The notes under the pieces are model-generated. The model saw only the letters and a program-made list of their open reading frames with translations, did no database searches and was not told the origin of the DNA. A stretch of 64,000 bases of DNA from Botryllus schlosseri (Eukaryota): assembly GCA_051294905.1 (NCBI GenBank), contig CM119385.1, positions 16,058,001 through 16,122,000 of the forward strand, read 5' to 3'. Positions 1 through 13,500 of the stretch are shown here, in pieces. The translations under genes and the position numbers were made by a program. How positions within the stretch are numbered: position 1 is the stretch's first letter; each line of letters starts with the position of its first letter.

Positions 1-1504
1 AGTACATTCCTATAGCAATGGTAACTTGTAATATCTGAATCAAAATTCAAACTATGATCCAATTGCACCAAATCAAACATAAATAGCGTTTTTCTGCAAT
101 GAATGTATTTTGCACTAGTTCTCGCTGGATTTCTGGCTGAAATAAATACAAGCTGACTCCATGTGCTTACGTGATACGTCCTACATGGTATGGCTAATAT
201 TAAATAATACCGATATTCCTGCCAATAATGACTCTGACTATTAGTGATCGCTAGGGTGATTTTTTTGACATTGCAAAATAAGTCAAAATTGTAGCGTTTT
301 TGAATTCAATTTATTGCTAACAATTTCATCATTTCAGTACAGCACTAGACTGCGACACAATGAAAGATAGGAAGTCACTAAGTCAAAAATTTTTGCAACC
401 TGCATTTCGTTTGTATCGTACATGTGTGCACTTGGGCTCTTCAAAAATGACTTTTTTCTCAAATCGTACTGGCTACTTGATAAAATTGTTAGGTAACCTA
501 CTTTGAGCCTACACACCAAATTTGGTTCATTTCCAACCAGTAGCCGCATTGCTACAGCAAAAGAAAGTTTCTATTTATTATATAAAAATAAATAGCAAAA
601 ATTTTTCTGTTCACCCCATGAAAGTGTTAGGTTGTGTATAGAAACGATGTTCACCAAATTTGGTTCAATTCTAACCAGTGGAAGCAGAGTAATGGCTGTC
701 GAAAAAATTGGATTATGAATAAAATAGTGTTCACAGTGACCAATTCTTTATTTATTTATTGTAGTGGTGCCCACTATTTAATTTTGACTGTAAGCAAGAA
801 AACGATCAGATTAATTCAATCTGGGCAATCACAATTTACCAAAATACTATTTTCAATCTTCGCAATTGGAATTGTGTCAAGTTAAATTCAAAACAGTCAG
901 TATATATTTATATAGTCTGCATCTACAAAAAAAGCCTATCCTTCATACAGTGATAACTCGAAAATATTTGTGCGGGAGGTTTTTGTTTAACCAGTCTTAA
1001 TTTTTGTTAATTTTGAAATCAGGACACAAAAGCTCATCGTTTGTGACTACAGGACACAAAAAATTTTGATTTTTTTTCCAGTCAAAACCCTACTGTACTG
1101 TCCATGTTATGATTTAGTTGGTTTTAAATCAGTCTCACTCAATGTGTAGTAGTTACCTTCTGTTTACCAGAGATTGTTAATTGGTCGGTAATGAAATATT
1201 TTTACTTTGCACTCAATAAGGTGTTCTCTACTTCTTCTTCGCACATGAATGTTTCTTTTGACTACTTATATTTCGACAGTTTTCAAAGCCAAATTGTCTT
1301 CAGCTTTCTGTCAATTTGAAGTCGATTTTTTTTTATTTGCATCATGCTATTTATTCTTTCCTCGCCATATATTCATCATCAAAACTGGCATCGGGGCAAC
1401 ACACCACTCTGTCGCATTCACTCCGAGTACACCAATGTAAATTTTCGTTGCCCAATGCCCAATTTTTATTCCAGTATTAAACACTCACATTACGTTTTAT
1501 GCAG

Positions 1505-4500
1505 CGAAGAACGACTATACAGAAAGCTTCCCTGCCAAAATCAACGTTTTTACGAGACTTTCTGCCCCAGCATCAGTATCTATAACTCCAACAACCAACA
1601 ACATATCGATGGCGTGGGCACCAGTGGACAAAGTGCAACATTACGAAATCGTATACGCTGCCACAAAGCATCGCATGAAAGGTGCATTTGAAACTTATTT
1701 GCTTTAGGAGAATGTATAGTGATATAGGTACTTTTAGTAGTTTATGGAAGCATGGATCAAAGACCACGAGACCGCGACAAGAGAATAATAATTAGGGAAA
1801 TCAGTGTTTTCTATTTGTGTTGCAAAAGTACATGATAATAATTACCCGTGCTTTGTTTATCCAACAAGCTTGAACGTTTTGGTTGGATTTTCAAATAATG
1901 GACATAAAAATCGTTGGAGGATTTGATGCAAATTTTGCATCAGTCTTGTGTCAAATCAATCTTAATATATTTCATCTCCCAAGAAAAATGAATTAACTGG
2001 TATGTGATGCGGGACCGCAATTGATCCATCGATATCTTCAGTCGCCACCCAGCCGAGCATAAACTTAACAAATTGGAAGATGTAATTTAAAAAACAAATG
2101 AACACGAAATTCAGACAGTGAGACAGCTTATAAATGGACTCGAACCAAAGGTGTCTAACTTATGGCCCGTGTAATGCTAGCAAATGTAAAAATGTCGTTA
2201 TTATTCACCACATTTCTATCAAAAGTTGAGATTTGTAACAAGAATTACTTCGCGTAAATCATCCCCAAGACAGTTGCATATTTACTCTAGTCATTCGTAA
2301 TAACGAATCTGTGAGTCTGTGGCAATGTAGCCAAATTCAGAGAAAGTAAAAAAGTTCACACTGGAGGTTTCTGGAAAAATCATTCATGAGGTGTTTAATC
2401 ACAAAGACAAAATGCTAATGATAACCCGTTTTACATAAGAATATAATGCAGGTATCTGCGGACGCACCACTATATAACCAATATAACTTCTGATTCCAAA
2501 GGTTCCCCGGCCTTACAAAGCAATTGGGTGTATTCTAATGTGTACTTTCAAAGTATCGCAGGTAAAAAATTCTTCACATTTCCCACTTTCATTTGTGTGG
2601 TGAGTCGGTTCAGTAAGGCGCTTCAATGACCTTTTTTATGTCATGATGTGCAACTGACAAATCGCTTCTCAAAAGATTTGGTGTTCTAAACATAGAAGAT
2701 ATGAAGAAGCTAGAAATTGCCACGTTTATGTATCAAATCCATTGCGGTCAATGTCCCTCAAATTTCAACGACTACTTCACCTCGGAGTCAAAAGCGCACA
2801 AGTACAGCACACGCTCGTCAACGAAGAACAAATACCATATGATCAGGACGGAATACAAGAAAACGCATTGCTCTATCAAGTATGCCAGACCCCAATTGTG
2901 GAACAGCATCTCGCCGGCTATCCAACAGTCGTCGAGCATGTCCGCATTGAAGTCGAAATACAAGCATTTTCTTCTAAATCAGTGGTTCCCAACCTGGGGG
3001 CGTGTAAGCATCTGAAGGGGGGCGTGAAGAAGCGGTCAACTGATTTTTTTTAGTGCTCTGCGTCATTTTTACCTCAAATTCACGTGTGTTTCTCTATATA
3101 TAGACTAAATTTCATATTTTTCAATTCTCTTATCAACAGTCATAACCTTCCATGCCATGAAACAATCTGTTGGGGTTGCTAGCATCCTGGTTGGATTTTG
3201 TGATATGACGATAAGGGGGGCGCAAAATTTTTCACTATCACAAAGGGGGGCGTGGAACCACCGTTCTAAAGGAGTACTAGCCAGCCTTCAGGATTACCGG
3301 ACCACGACCTAACATCGACCTCGCCCTCCGTCACATGCCAACTCATTTTGTCGCTTGCGTCTTATATTCTCTGCATTACTTTTCACTTAGTGTGCATGCC
3401 TCTTCTTTACTTCGCCTATGCTAAGGTGGGTGTCTGATCTACTAGCTACTCCAAGTTGTTTCGATACCTTCCTATCTTTTCATTGTATCGCAGTCTTGTG
3501 ATGTTTTGAAATGATGAAAATATTAATTAACTGGTTGATTGATTGACCCAATATCGAGTTTTTGGGAAACCAAATTGTTATTTAATAATCATGAACAATG
3601 GTTAAAGAGTTCTGCGTTTATTGTTAAACCTCTTCTATTCCTAACTGCGCACACGTAGGGCCAAGACTGCATCACAAGGAAAGAGAGCATAAAAATATGC
3701 CTTTTTATATGACCATGAGCCTAGGTTAGAACCACTGCCTTAGTGGTGTACAGCAGTATTCAATCAGCAAATCATTGTATTTTTACCAATTACATCGATT
3801 TTGATTAAAGATACTTCTAGCATTAAGTCTGTGTAACCTGTGATATTCCATATTATGTATGGGCTTAAATAGCAGCATCCCACTGTAAAACAAAGGTATG
3901 GTCTTGGTGGTAAGGTTTTGGTATAATCTGACTGATCTAGGACGCAAACAATCAGTTGGTTTGAATACTGCCGCCTGTGACACAATTTGAGTTCGACACT
4001 ACTGATCTTCTGTACATGCTGACAAAACACAATGAGCAGTTAAGTTCGTCGGTTGCGTTTCCTCTACTGAAATTCAATATACCGGCCAACTAGATGTGTT
4101 TTGTATTTGTTAATGAATTCAGGAAGATACATTGTACAAATCTCATTAAGAAAATATGTCATCCTTTTGCACCACTTCAACTAAAGCCACCCTTAGATAT
4201 ATGGAGTTAACCAGGGCAAACAGATATATGTTCAAAAGTGATGCCGCAGTTTCTATTCACATCCTTAGGCCATGTCCATGGTATTTGAAATTTTAATGAG
4301 TACGCAATCATATTATCTAAAATTGTATAAAAATGAAGCCAATATTTTGGATTGCTTACTGTTTCAATGGCGGATATGCGTAGTCAGCATTAGGTATGCC
4401 GGCTCAACACCAATGGTTAGTGAGAGCCAGTCAAACAGCTTTTGGCTCCAATCCATGCTCATTTGCTCAACTGTCGGAGTCTCGTACTGGCTAGTCATTG

Positions 4501-7500
4501 TCAACCAAACTACTTACAGAATTACTTGTAGACTTCAAAGTGTCAGAGTTTACAGTGGGTAGTGGAAGCACCTAAGGGTAGAAAGCTACTATATGTTACG
4601 TCCCATCTACTACGCGTTCCGGATAATCCCACAGCTAAAAATGATTATTTATTTCAGAGGAGGACAAAGTATGGACTACTGTTGACATTGATGAACCGCA
4701 ATTATTGTTGACCAATCTGACACCCAATACCAAGTATGAGATGAGAATATTTTCGGTAAATGTTTTCACTAAGAGCAATCCCACCATTATGGAGAAATAT
4801 ACAAGTATGCTAGATAGCAATATTCTGACTACAACTTTACTTTATTCCATTCTAAAATCAGGGCTCCCAGTACCAGAAAATGTGGAGGTCAATAAAGTGA
4901 CTGACAAAGAAATCTCCCTTAGTTGGACTGAAGTTATAGGTAGCAGCAGCTACAAGTGAGTACTATTCTTGAAGTTATAATCGGATTACAATAGTTCAAT
5001 AAAGGTTTTGCTGTAGATCTACCCATCTCTACTCAATTTCATTGCAATGTTTTGAACAAATTATGCGTATCATCCACCACATGTCCTGAAAATCAGCAAT
5101 TCATATTCATAGAGCCTTTCTGTAAGCCTTGGCACTCAGCACAATTTCACAAATCCGGGTTTTTGCAGGCTTCATATTTCGAATTCTGACAAACAGCCAA
5201 CCACATGGAAAAAATCCACCAAAAAGACTCTATACACGTTTTCTGCGTTGATAGCAAATCAAGCACATTACATCTTCATCAAAGCTCACAATTCCGATAC
5301 GGATAGCCTTCCGTTGAAGCTGTACCGGCACACAAGTGACAGAGACAGTTTGACACCTGCTTGATTTCGAACTGACGATTTGCGTTTGAATTTTAGAGCT
5401 CCCAAAGCCGGATAAATTGTCGATTACTGAAATCCGGGATAAGTCAATCCGGGTTAGGTGGAGAGCTGTGACGAATGCGGAAAAGTATCTGTAAGCTGTT
5501 AATTTTTTACAGTGCTGTAAATGTGCATAGTAGGCTATATTCTATTATTCGCATTGATTCATGCTGAGATCTGTGAGGGTTCTCAAACGGCCGTTACCGA
5601 CATATTCCTCGCTCAAATTTATAATCTGTATGACGTTCATATTGCTCTTCAGCACTCTGTGTATTGCGTATGCATTAGGGTTGTTCAAAAATAGCTTTTT
5701 TTCCTGAATCTTGCTGGCTACGTGATTAAATCGTTAGGTAGCCTTAAAAAACGACGCACAGCAAATCAAATTTTAATTCATTCCAACCAATAATCGGAGA
5801 TTTCGTACGGTTTGAAAATTTTTAATTTACTCAAAGATGCAAAATTTTTTTTTTTCAAATTTTTCTGTCAACCCCATAGAATTGTTGCGGGGTCTTCAAA
5901 GACGATGCAAAACAAATTTGACTCAATTCCAACCTGAAGAAGCGGAGTTATTGGAGTTTTTTGATGATAATTCTTGGATTATCCACCGATCAAGGATAAT
6001 CCCCGAATTATCGAAGAAAAACTCAAATAGCCCTAGTATGCATGCATAGGATATATGCATCGTTTGTCCGTTTATTTGGAAATTTCATCATTTGAAAACA
6101 CCACATGTAAGATAGTCGAGATCTCACCATCAAATGGTCACAAATATCCATTTTCTAAAATTTTACTACAGTAAACAGAGAGTTGATTTCATATCAACAT
6201 AAGAATTGATTGTATTACGAAAACAATTGATAGGCATCAACAAACCTACCTAAGCAATTCCGCAGGATTCCAAGCCCAACCAAATCTAAATGTTTATGGA
6301 GGACATATGAACCATGTCCATGGTTAATCTTCGGTGTTCACGGGTGTCATAGTTGTCTTCATTTGAAATTGCACAATTTTAAGTGTAGGCCTACTTAATT
6401 TAGGGAAGTGTGGGGCAATACCGAAAGTAAGCTGAACAGGAAAGCTTATGTCTACCTGACACGACAGGACCATGAAAATGTAGATTTATTTTCGATCTAT
6501 ATTAATAACACTTCTTTTAAAATAGTACGGTACCAGTTATTCATTTTCTTGAGATTAACATGTTTACGCTGCTTTGTTTAGAATTTTGCTATTCAGTTTA
6601 GTCTGTTCTCTTACTGGCGTGATATGGGCAGAATAAATTGACATTTCATTCGTTTCATCAAGAAGTGGTCTTATAGAAATTTCCTATTTCCGCCAGACTT
6701 ACAATGACAGCAATGTATAACGAATCGAAGCCAGACGAAAATCCTCCAGAAGATGCCGTCTCTGAAATGAGCATGGCTGATTGGACTCCAAAAGGTCGCA
6801 CAAGGCGGCAGACTTTCAGAAACAGGTAAGTTTAATGTTCAAAAAGCAGGAAGGATCGGTGTCGTGAGTTTATTGCGTTCAAACCTTATCGTTTTTGCTA
6901 CTGTAATTCAATTGGGTATTTTGCGGTACTAATAATGTAAATGATTGACTCCGGGATATGTCGTTGGCTGTACTATTACCAGCGTATGTCCGAAGTTGGT
7001 CAATGTAGTCTCTTAAGATACCTGCATAGATACGAAAGTAATGTCCGAGTCAAAGTAGTCCCAGGCCCAAACTTCTTCAAGCGAATAAGTTTAAAAGAAG
7101 TTTTGACACATGCCATTGCCAGGTTATATCTTCCAAAGTCACAGGCTCAGCAGAGTTGAAAGCTCCGCAAAATCTATTTTTTATCAACTTGCTAAGAATC
7201 TTCTGATGATTTAGAGCAGGGTTTCTCAACCTTTTTTGCTGTGGCCCATTTTCTTTTTTGAAAATGTTCTGTGGTCGCCTGAAAAGCTTGATTTTGCAAT
7301 CCGTTTATTCGATAATATAAACATATTTTGAGCGAATAACGTAACAAATATAAGTAAACTTCACTCACTCAACAATTTTCCAAATAGCTCTGTGGCCCAC
7401 CTCAAAATGCTCCTGTGGCTCATCAGTGAGAGCCCCTGATTTAGAGTAACCATACTTGTTTCAATTTTGGGGGCAGGTGCAAATCTAAAAGCTGCTTTTG

Positions 7501-10500
7501 ACTGGCTTCCAAAATATCACGTTACTAATGGAAATGGTGTAATAAATTTAAAGCTGTCACGCATGTTGGCGCAATAGACTAGGCCACTCTCTGGAAGCAT
7601 AACGATTCTATTTTTGCCAATCTGGTGTTATACTTTCACATATGTAGGCCCACCTGTGTTAAGCACATATATATGCTACTAGCTGCTCAATATCCACCAG
7701 TAATTGCTTATTCTAAATTAGGCGGCCAGTCCGACTACACATATCATATTACAACGTAATTTAGGCAGCTCATGATTCACATAAGTCACCCGACGCTGGG
7801 ATTTCGCATACATGCACTCTCGTACATAGCAATTTCCTGATTGTGTTTGATGGTGATTGCTGTTTCAGAGTGATGAATATATGTGCAGTAAGGTTTTTTA
7901 GTCAAGTGAGCTGCAGCAATCTTGTTTTCCTATACGCAGATACGTCAGATCTGCGCCAGGAACACAAACAACCGAAGTACGATCCATCACATACAGAACG
8001 AGTAAAAACACGAAAGCATCGCACACACTATTTCCGAATCAAGACGGACATTATGAGTTGAACGTTACTAACCCAGACGTAATATTTGGGAAGCTGGATC
8101 CTGGGGTGAAATATGTCGTCGTTCTCCGCGCCTGGAATCCGCTCACAGACAGCTTGCCTGTGAAAGAGGGAGCTTTTACAAGTAGGCTCAATGGCTTATA
8201 CAATATGCATGTATTTTCATGGCGGATTTGTAATTAGAGAGTAGGCTTAAAATACATGTATATATGTCTCAAGCCAGTAGACTAACCCTAGAATAAGATA
8301 CTGGGTGAAATCATATTTTTTCAAGTGAATCCTGCAGAATCACTTTTGCATGCCTGGCCAGACAATTACAGATATTGCACTGAAAACAACAGTGTAAGCC
8401 TATATAAGCTATTCCTGTTTCCGTTTTATAATATCATAATAACATTTCATTTGATGTTATTCGAGATAATTTCGTAATGCATAAGTGTTCTGGGATGCAA
8501 AAAAGTTGACCAGCATTTCTCTATGTAATACAGTCACTAAATTACGATCTCGTCAAGTAATTTCCTGAGTACATCGGATGCTCATAAGATTAGGTATTAT
8601 GGCGACGGTCGCTGATGTACGTCGTAAAATTGAAGATGTAACCGGCTATTGACAAATAAAAGGCAGGCTTGGGTCACACAGCCTGCTTCTTCAAGATACT
8701 TGAGCCTTTTGCAAGCCTTTTCAGTACTTGTGTAGCGTCAACGGCAATTTAGCCCGCTTCTGTACTGAACAATTGTCGATGACTGCAACCTCACAGAACT
8801 GGGAAGTCCTGTCCGCCTCGGTGTAAAAGAAGAGAGTGTCAGTAACGACAGCTTCATCTTGCAATGGATAAGAGTGGAGAAAGCAAGCTACTACAGCGTA
8901 ACTGTTATTTCCGAGAAGACCGCGTACATGCGAGATTCAGATGTGAAAAAAATCAACGCTATCACTGTCGATTCGGAGGTACCCGAAAAGTTATAAAAAG
9001 TCATGCGAGATCGATCTCCATTTTGTGAATATTTATTGCAGATCGCGGTGCTGGGCTTGCAAGCCAACACACGGTACACAATTCAAGTCCGTGCTGGCAA
9101 CAATCATATCCAAAGTTATCCGTCTGTCGTCGAACAAATCACGAGTGTGTGATTAAGTCCGGTCATTGCGCCGCTATGCTTTATCAATTGATACTTTTGA
9201 TACTGTCCGTAAATGAAGGAGACTGTCTCACAATAGTCTGACATGACAGTGTGATTTGACAATAGTCGTATTGTAAAATGCTTTTTCCTACCTGTAATAT
9301 GATCGTTGCTTAGTTCTTTCCTTATTACTTCAATCATTCCAAACCAATTCCGAAAAAGTACTCAATACTATGAAAGAACAAGTCGATTAATAGCTCCGCT
9401 CGGCCTAGAATGCTGAATTAGTCTTGCTGTCGACTGGCAAGACAACTTCTGATATAATCGATCAATTAAACTGATTCATGATTACAAACACATAGGCATT
9501 ATCATTGTTTCAGAACTCTCTGCCGTTGAAAATCTGCACGTAGTGAACTCCTCCGTCACTTACAAATCTTTTGAAATCAGTTGGAATCCCGTCGATCATG
9601 CTTCGGGCTACACGATCCTAATCAGGTTTGCACGGAAATTTGACGCCCACATTCGATTGGATGACGGATACCGTGCCCTTTTTCAGCCCGCCCCTGCGAA
9701 CCGGCAGAAGCGAGCTTTCGGTGTCGGCCACCCGTACTAGTATCGTTCTCAGCCCGCTCAAAGACACCACCAGCTATAAAATAGCGGTGAGCGCTCGCAA
9801 CAAACGGACAGACGGCGTGGTACGTTTTCTCACGCAGTTCACAAGTGAGTCCACGTCGCTGTGTTGATATCTGCCGATCTTACGCATTCATGTGCAGCAA
9901 ATGAACAAAAGCATTTCTGCATTACAGTGTATCACGTTGATTTTAGTAAGGCAGAAACTTGAATGCTCTTTGTGAGGCGCTTGTATTTTGTGACTTGTGT
10001 AATGGTCACTTGTCTTGAGAAATTCGAAAAATGCTCGTTCACAAAAGATTTGTAGTAACTGGTGCTTTCCAAGATGCTCCCAAGTACGGCAAGCATTCAA
10101 CAAAAAAATACTGAGGCTTAGGCAAACATCCATGTTGTGCTGCGATAAAGATGGGCTACTATGTTGAAATGGAACATGCACCATGAATTGATACAGGGAA
10201 CGGTAGCATAAATAATGGAAAGCAATGAAAATAAGGAGGCATGTTTTCGTACGGCGTACAGGCGTAGTAGATGTGTAAAAATCTTGATGCAGTGATCTCA
10301 AACAAAGTCTACTGATGGAGAATTACATCTCCAGATTCGTAATATGTTTTTTACTTCCATCTTTATGTGACATCAGATGCATTCCTTCCATCGAACAACA
10401 CACCGATGGAAAACATTGGCGCAGCCACCCGATGTATTTAAGATTACCTTATGTGTTAGATTCTTTCTGAAAAGACTATCGTGTAATGTAGGGTGTGATT

Positions 10501-13500
10501 TGTGAATCAGAATACCATCAATTTTGACTTTTAGCATCATATATATGTGCGCATGAAATCTTTAATTCAAAATTTTTCAGAACTACTGAATCCGGCAAAT
10601 TTCAGCATTGTGAAGGAATCTGTGACCTCGTCCCGTTTCGCGATAGAGTGGTTATCGGTACGGGCGGCACACGAGTACCATGTGCGATTATTTGATGACG
10701 AGAATGAAAACATCACCTTCAAAACACTAAAAACGTAGGTGTTTTCGTACGAGTATTAAGCACAAAAGTCATGATAAATTTAGCGGTCGAATATTGAACA
10801 TTTACCATTTACCGTCGAAGTTAAAGTATGCATGATAAGTAATAATTGTGGCAAAGCTGCTTGAGGCAGATAGGCTGGTTTTGTCTAGATCGTAACATCA
10901 TATTTACCAAGCTCTTGTCACAATCCTCAAAATTAATGTGGTACCGCAAATTTTCCGTGTTAGTGTTTCAACTTAAACATGAAGACAAAGTAGTGAGCAT
11001 TTCTGCTCGGGTGAGGGAAATAGAGGTAATGCCGTAAATTTCAACTCAATTACCAGTAGGAGTAGTGATTTCAGGGATCTGCTATAACTACTGGATTATA
11101 AGTATAAAATGCCAGAAAAGTTCTTGAATGTAGTTTAAAAGGTAGATTTGGGCAAGTGGTCGCATGTCCAAGTGCAAACAGTAAGTAGTCTTGCTTCAAG
11201 AACTGTCAAGTAGAAGAGGAAGAAGTCTGAAAATATAACCGCATGACTAAGTAGTGGAAGTAGCAGGATTGTAATGACTCGAGTCATGACTCGAATCGGA
11301 CTCGAGTCACAATTTTTTGGCGACTCGACTTGACTTCTTGAACATGGAAAATGACTCTTCTTGTCAATTTGTCAATTGACTCGACTTGTACTCAAGCCAT
11401 TGTGTATGACTTGACAACTTCTCTATGAATAATTCGTGTCTCACGTATCAGGACCGGCAAATGAAAGATAGGCACAGAAAATATCTTTTATCTGTTTGAA
11501 TGAAAATGTTAAGAGTGAGAAAAATGAGTATGAGTATGAGTATGGATCCGAGGCCTTCGATATAACCCAAGAGTTTCACTGCTGTGAGTTGAACCTAGCT
11601 TGGACTCGATTCTGAACACTAAATAACATGACTTGTAGTCGGACTTGACTCGGTGGTGAATTGAAATTGACTCTAATTGACTCGAGTCAAAACTATAAAA
11701 ATCCAATCGACTTGTGATTCGGGACCTTGTGACTTGGTTACAACTCTGAAAAGTAGGCAAGGTTATTTGTGGGCATTTGTTTCGAGCATTCATGTCAAGA
11801 CAAGACAGTCGAACAGAGAATATCGAGCAATTAGCGATCAAACTTTTGTGAAATATGTCACCGTCGACGTGTAATCATTTTCAAGCACCAAGACGGAATT
11901 TCACAAACTCAAGTCCGGCCACAAATACCAAGTGTCTTTGATGGCGCACAACGAGCGGCACGGAACTTACAGTGACGAAGTATTTGTCGGAACATTCACA
12001 AGTGGGTACACTAAAGTCTACGGCCTCCTAAGAAAATCCAACGTAGACATCGCCCTATTCAGAGCTGCGTACGCCAGACAATTTCACCGCGGTTGATAAG
12101 TTGAATACTGATGTGTCGTTGTACTTTTCTTGGAACGCGGTGGATCTGGCCCAACTTTACAAGGTCACGTCTATCATCAAACCGAGAAAGAGTGATGATA
12201 ATACGTAAGTCTTGCAGATTAATTGGAAATTGTCTCTTGCGTACGAATTTGTTTATTGTTATTATGCAGTATTTATCAGCACGTGAAGGAAAAAGTGCAG
12301 TATGCGCAAGAGACTTCGATCAGTATCGAACATCTGAGACCGGCGTCCAACTATATAGTTATTATGAACGCCATAAACCAAGACACCGAAAGTGAAAACG
12401 TATCTCTCACGGTGTTTACTAGTAAGTTCTGTAGACTGTCAAGGCATGGTGTGGTTCCTGGTCATGAAATGGTAAAGTATTACCATAGGTTGGTAAAGGG
12501 TCCACAGTAAGTCAATGAATATAACTTGTCCTGTCCTATATCCGTACTGTAATTGATTAGTGGGTAAAATCATGACTGTTTTAAAAGATTTTCCATGGCA
12601 TCATTGATAGATACCAATGAGCCAACACCAATAATTGTAATTGGTAGGCCACAGGGATAGGATTTCTACTTTTAGACTTGTTCGGTGCAGGTATTTGATG
12701 GAAATATGCGGATTTTTTGCTTTTTCTGATGATGAGACGTCTCACATGGAATTTTTTCCATCAAAAGTATTTTATCTAGAATGAGGAAAGTAAAAACTGC
12801 ACAACGTAGACAAAGTCCTCCGTAAAAGATATTTGATGTTATGATGATTGTTTTGGGTGGAGACGTCACAAAAATCTCGATTACGACACTTTATTTTTAG
12901 AACTCACGGAGCCCGCCAACTTAACGTTGAATAAACATTTCTACATGGACACAGAAGCGGATTTTACTTGGTTCAAAGTCGACAAGGCCAGTAAATATGT
13001 CATCAAGGTTGGATAATCGTGTCGTTGTCGTGAAACTACCTTCTGAACGATTGCTTTTCGAAGGTTTACGATGCTGTTGACGTTGTTACCAGAAAGAGGG
13101 ACGATGAATGGGCAGAGGTAGATCCGTGGGAGGAGCCTGACGTTGGCGTCGATGATGAAAATGTTGTGGTAAGGATGCAAAGGACCGCCATATCATTCAG
13201 AATTTGTAATGGCAATGGCACACACACACCAATTGTAGATAGGGCAAGGGAAAAGTTTCCATGCGGTCAAATAAATTCCGTCAAAGATACTCGTGTGCAG
13301 AGTGAGCATATATAAACTGTCGTTTACCGACAGTTGAATGGTACACATGATGCATCAACTGCACCATGACTGCAGCTGACTTGATGACCACGCCTCTTGA
13401 ATGTAATCATATCGCTGTGATTGTCTATTTCGAGTATTAGTGCGAACTCGTATTGAACTAAAAATGAATCTGTCTGTCTTTCTATACATATTTTTGTGAT

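Noticed and set aside
1437-1474. 38-nt intron GTAAAT...TTCCAG
   Set aside because: It shifts out of the FN3 frame and is below the 54-nt minimum seen elsewhere in the gene.
4272-4620. FN3- or CUB-like looking peptides just upstream of exon 4658 ('VSESQSNSFWLQ', 'WVVEAPKGRKLL')
   Set aside because: Exon 1505-1681 joins 4658 directly to give a complete FN3 domain; no phase-compatible splice sites support extra exons.
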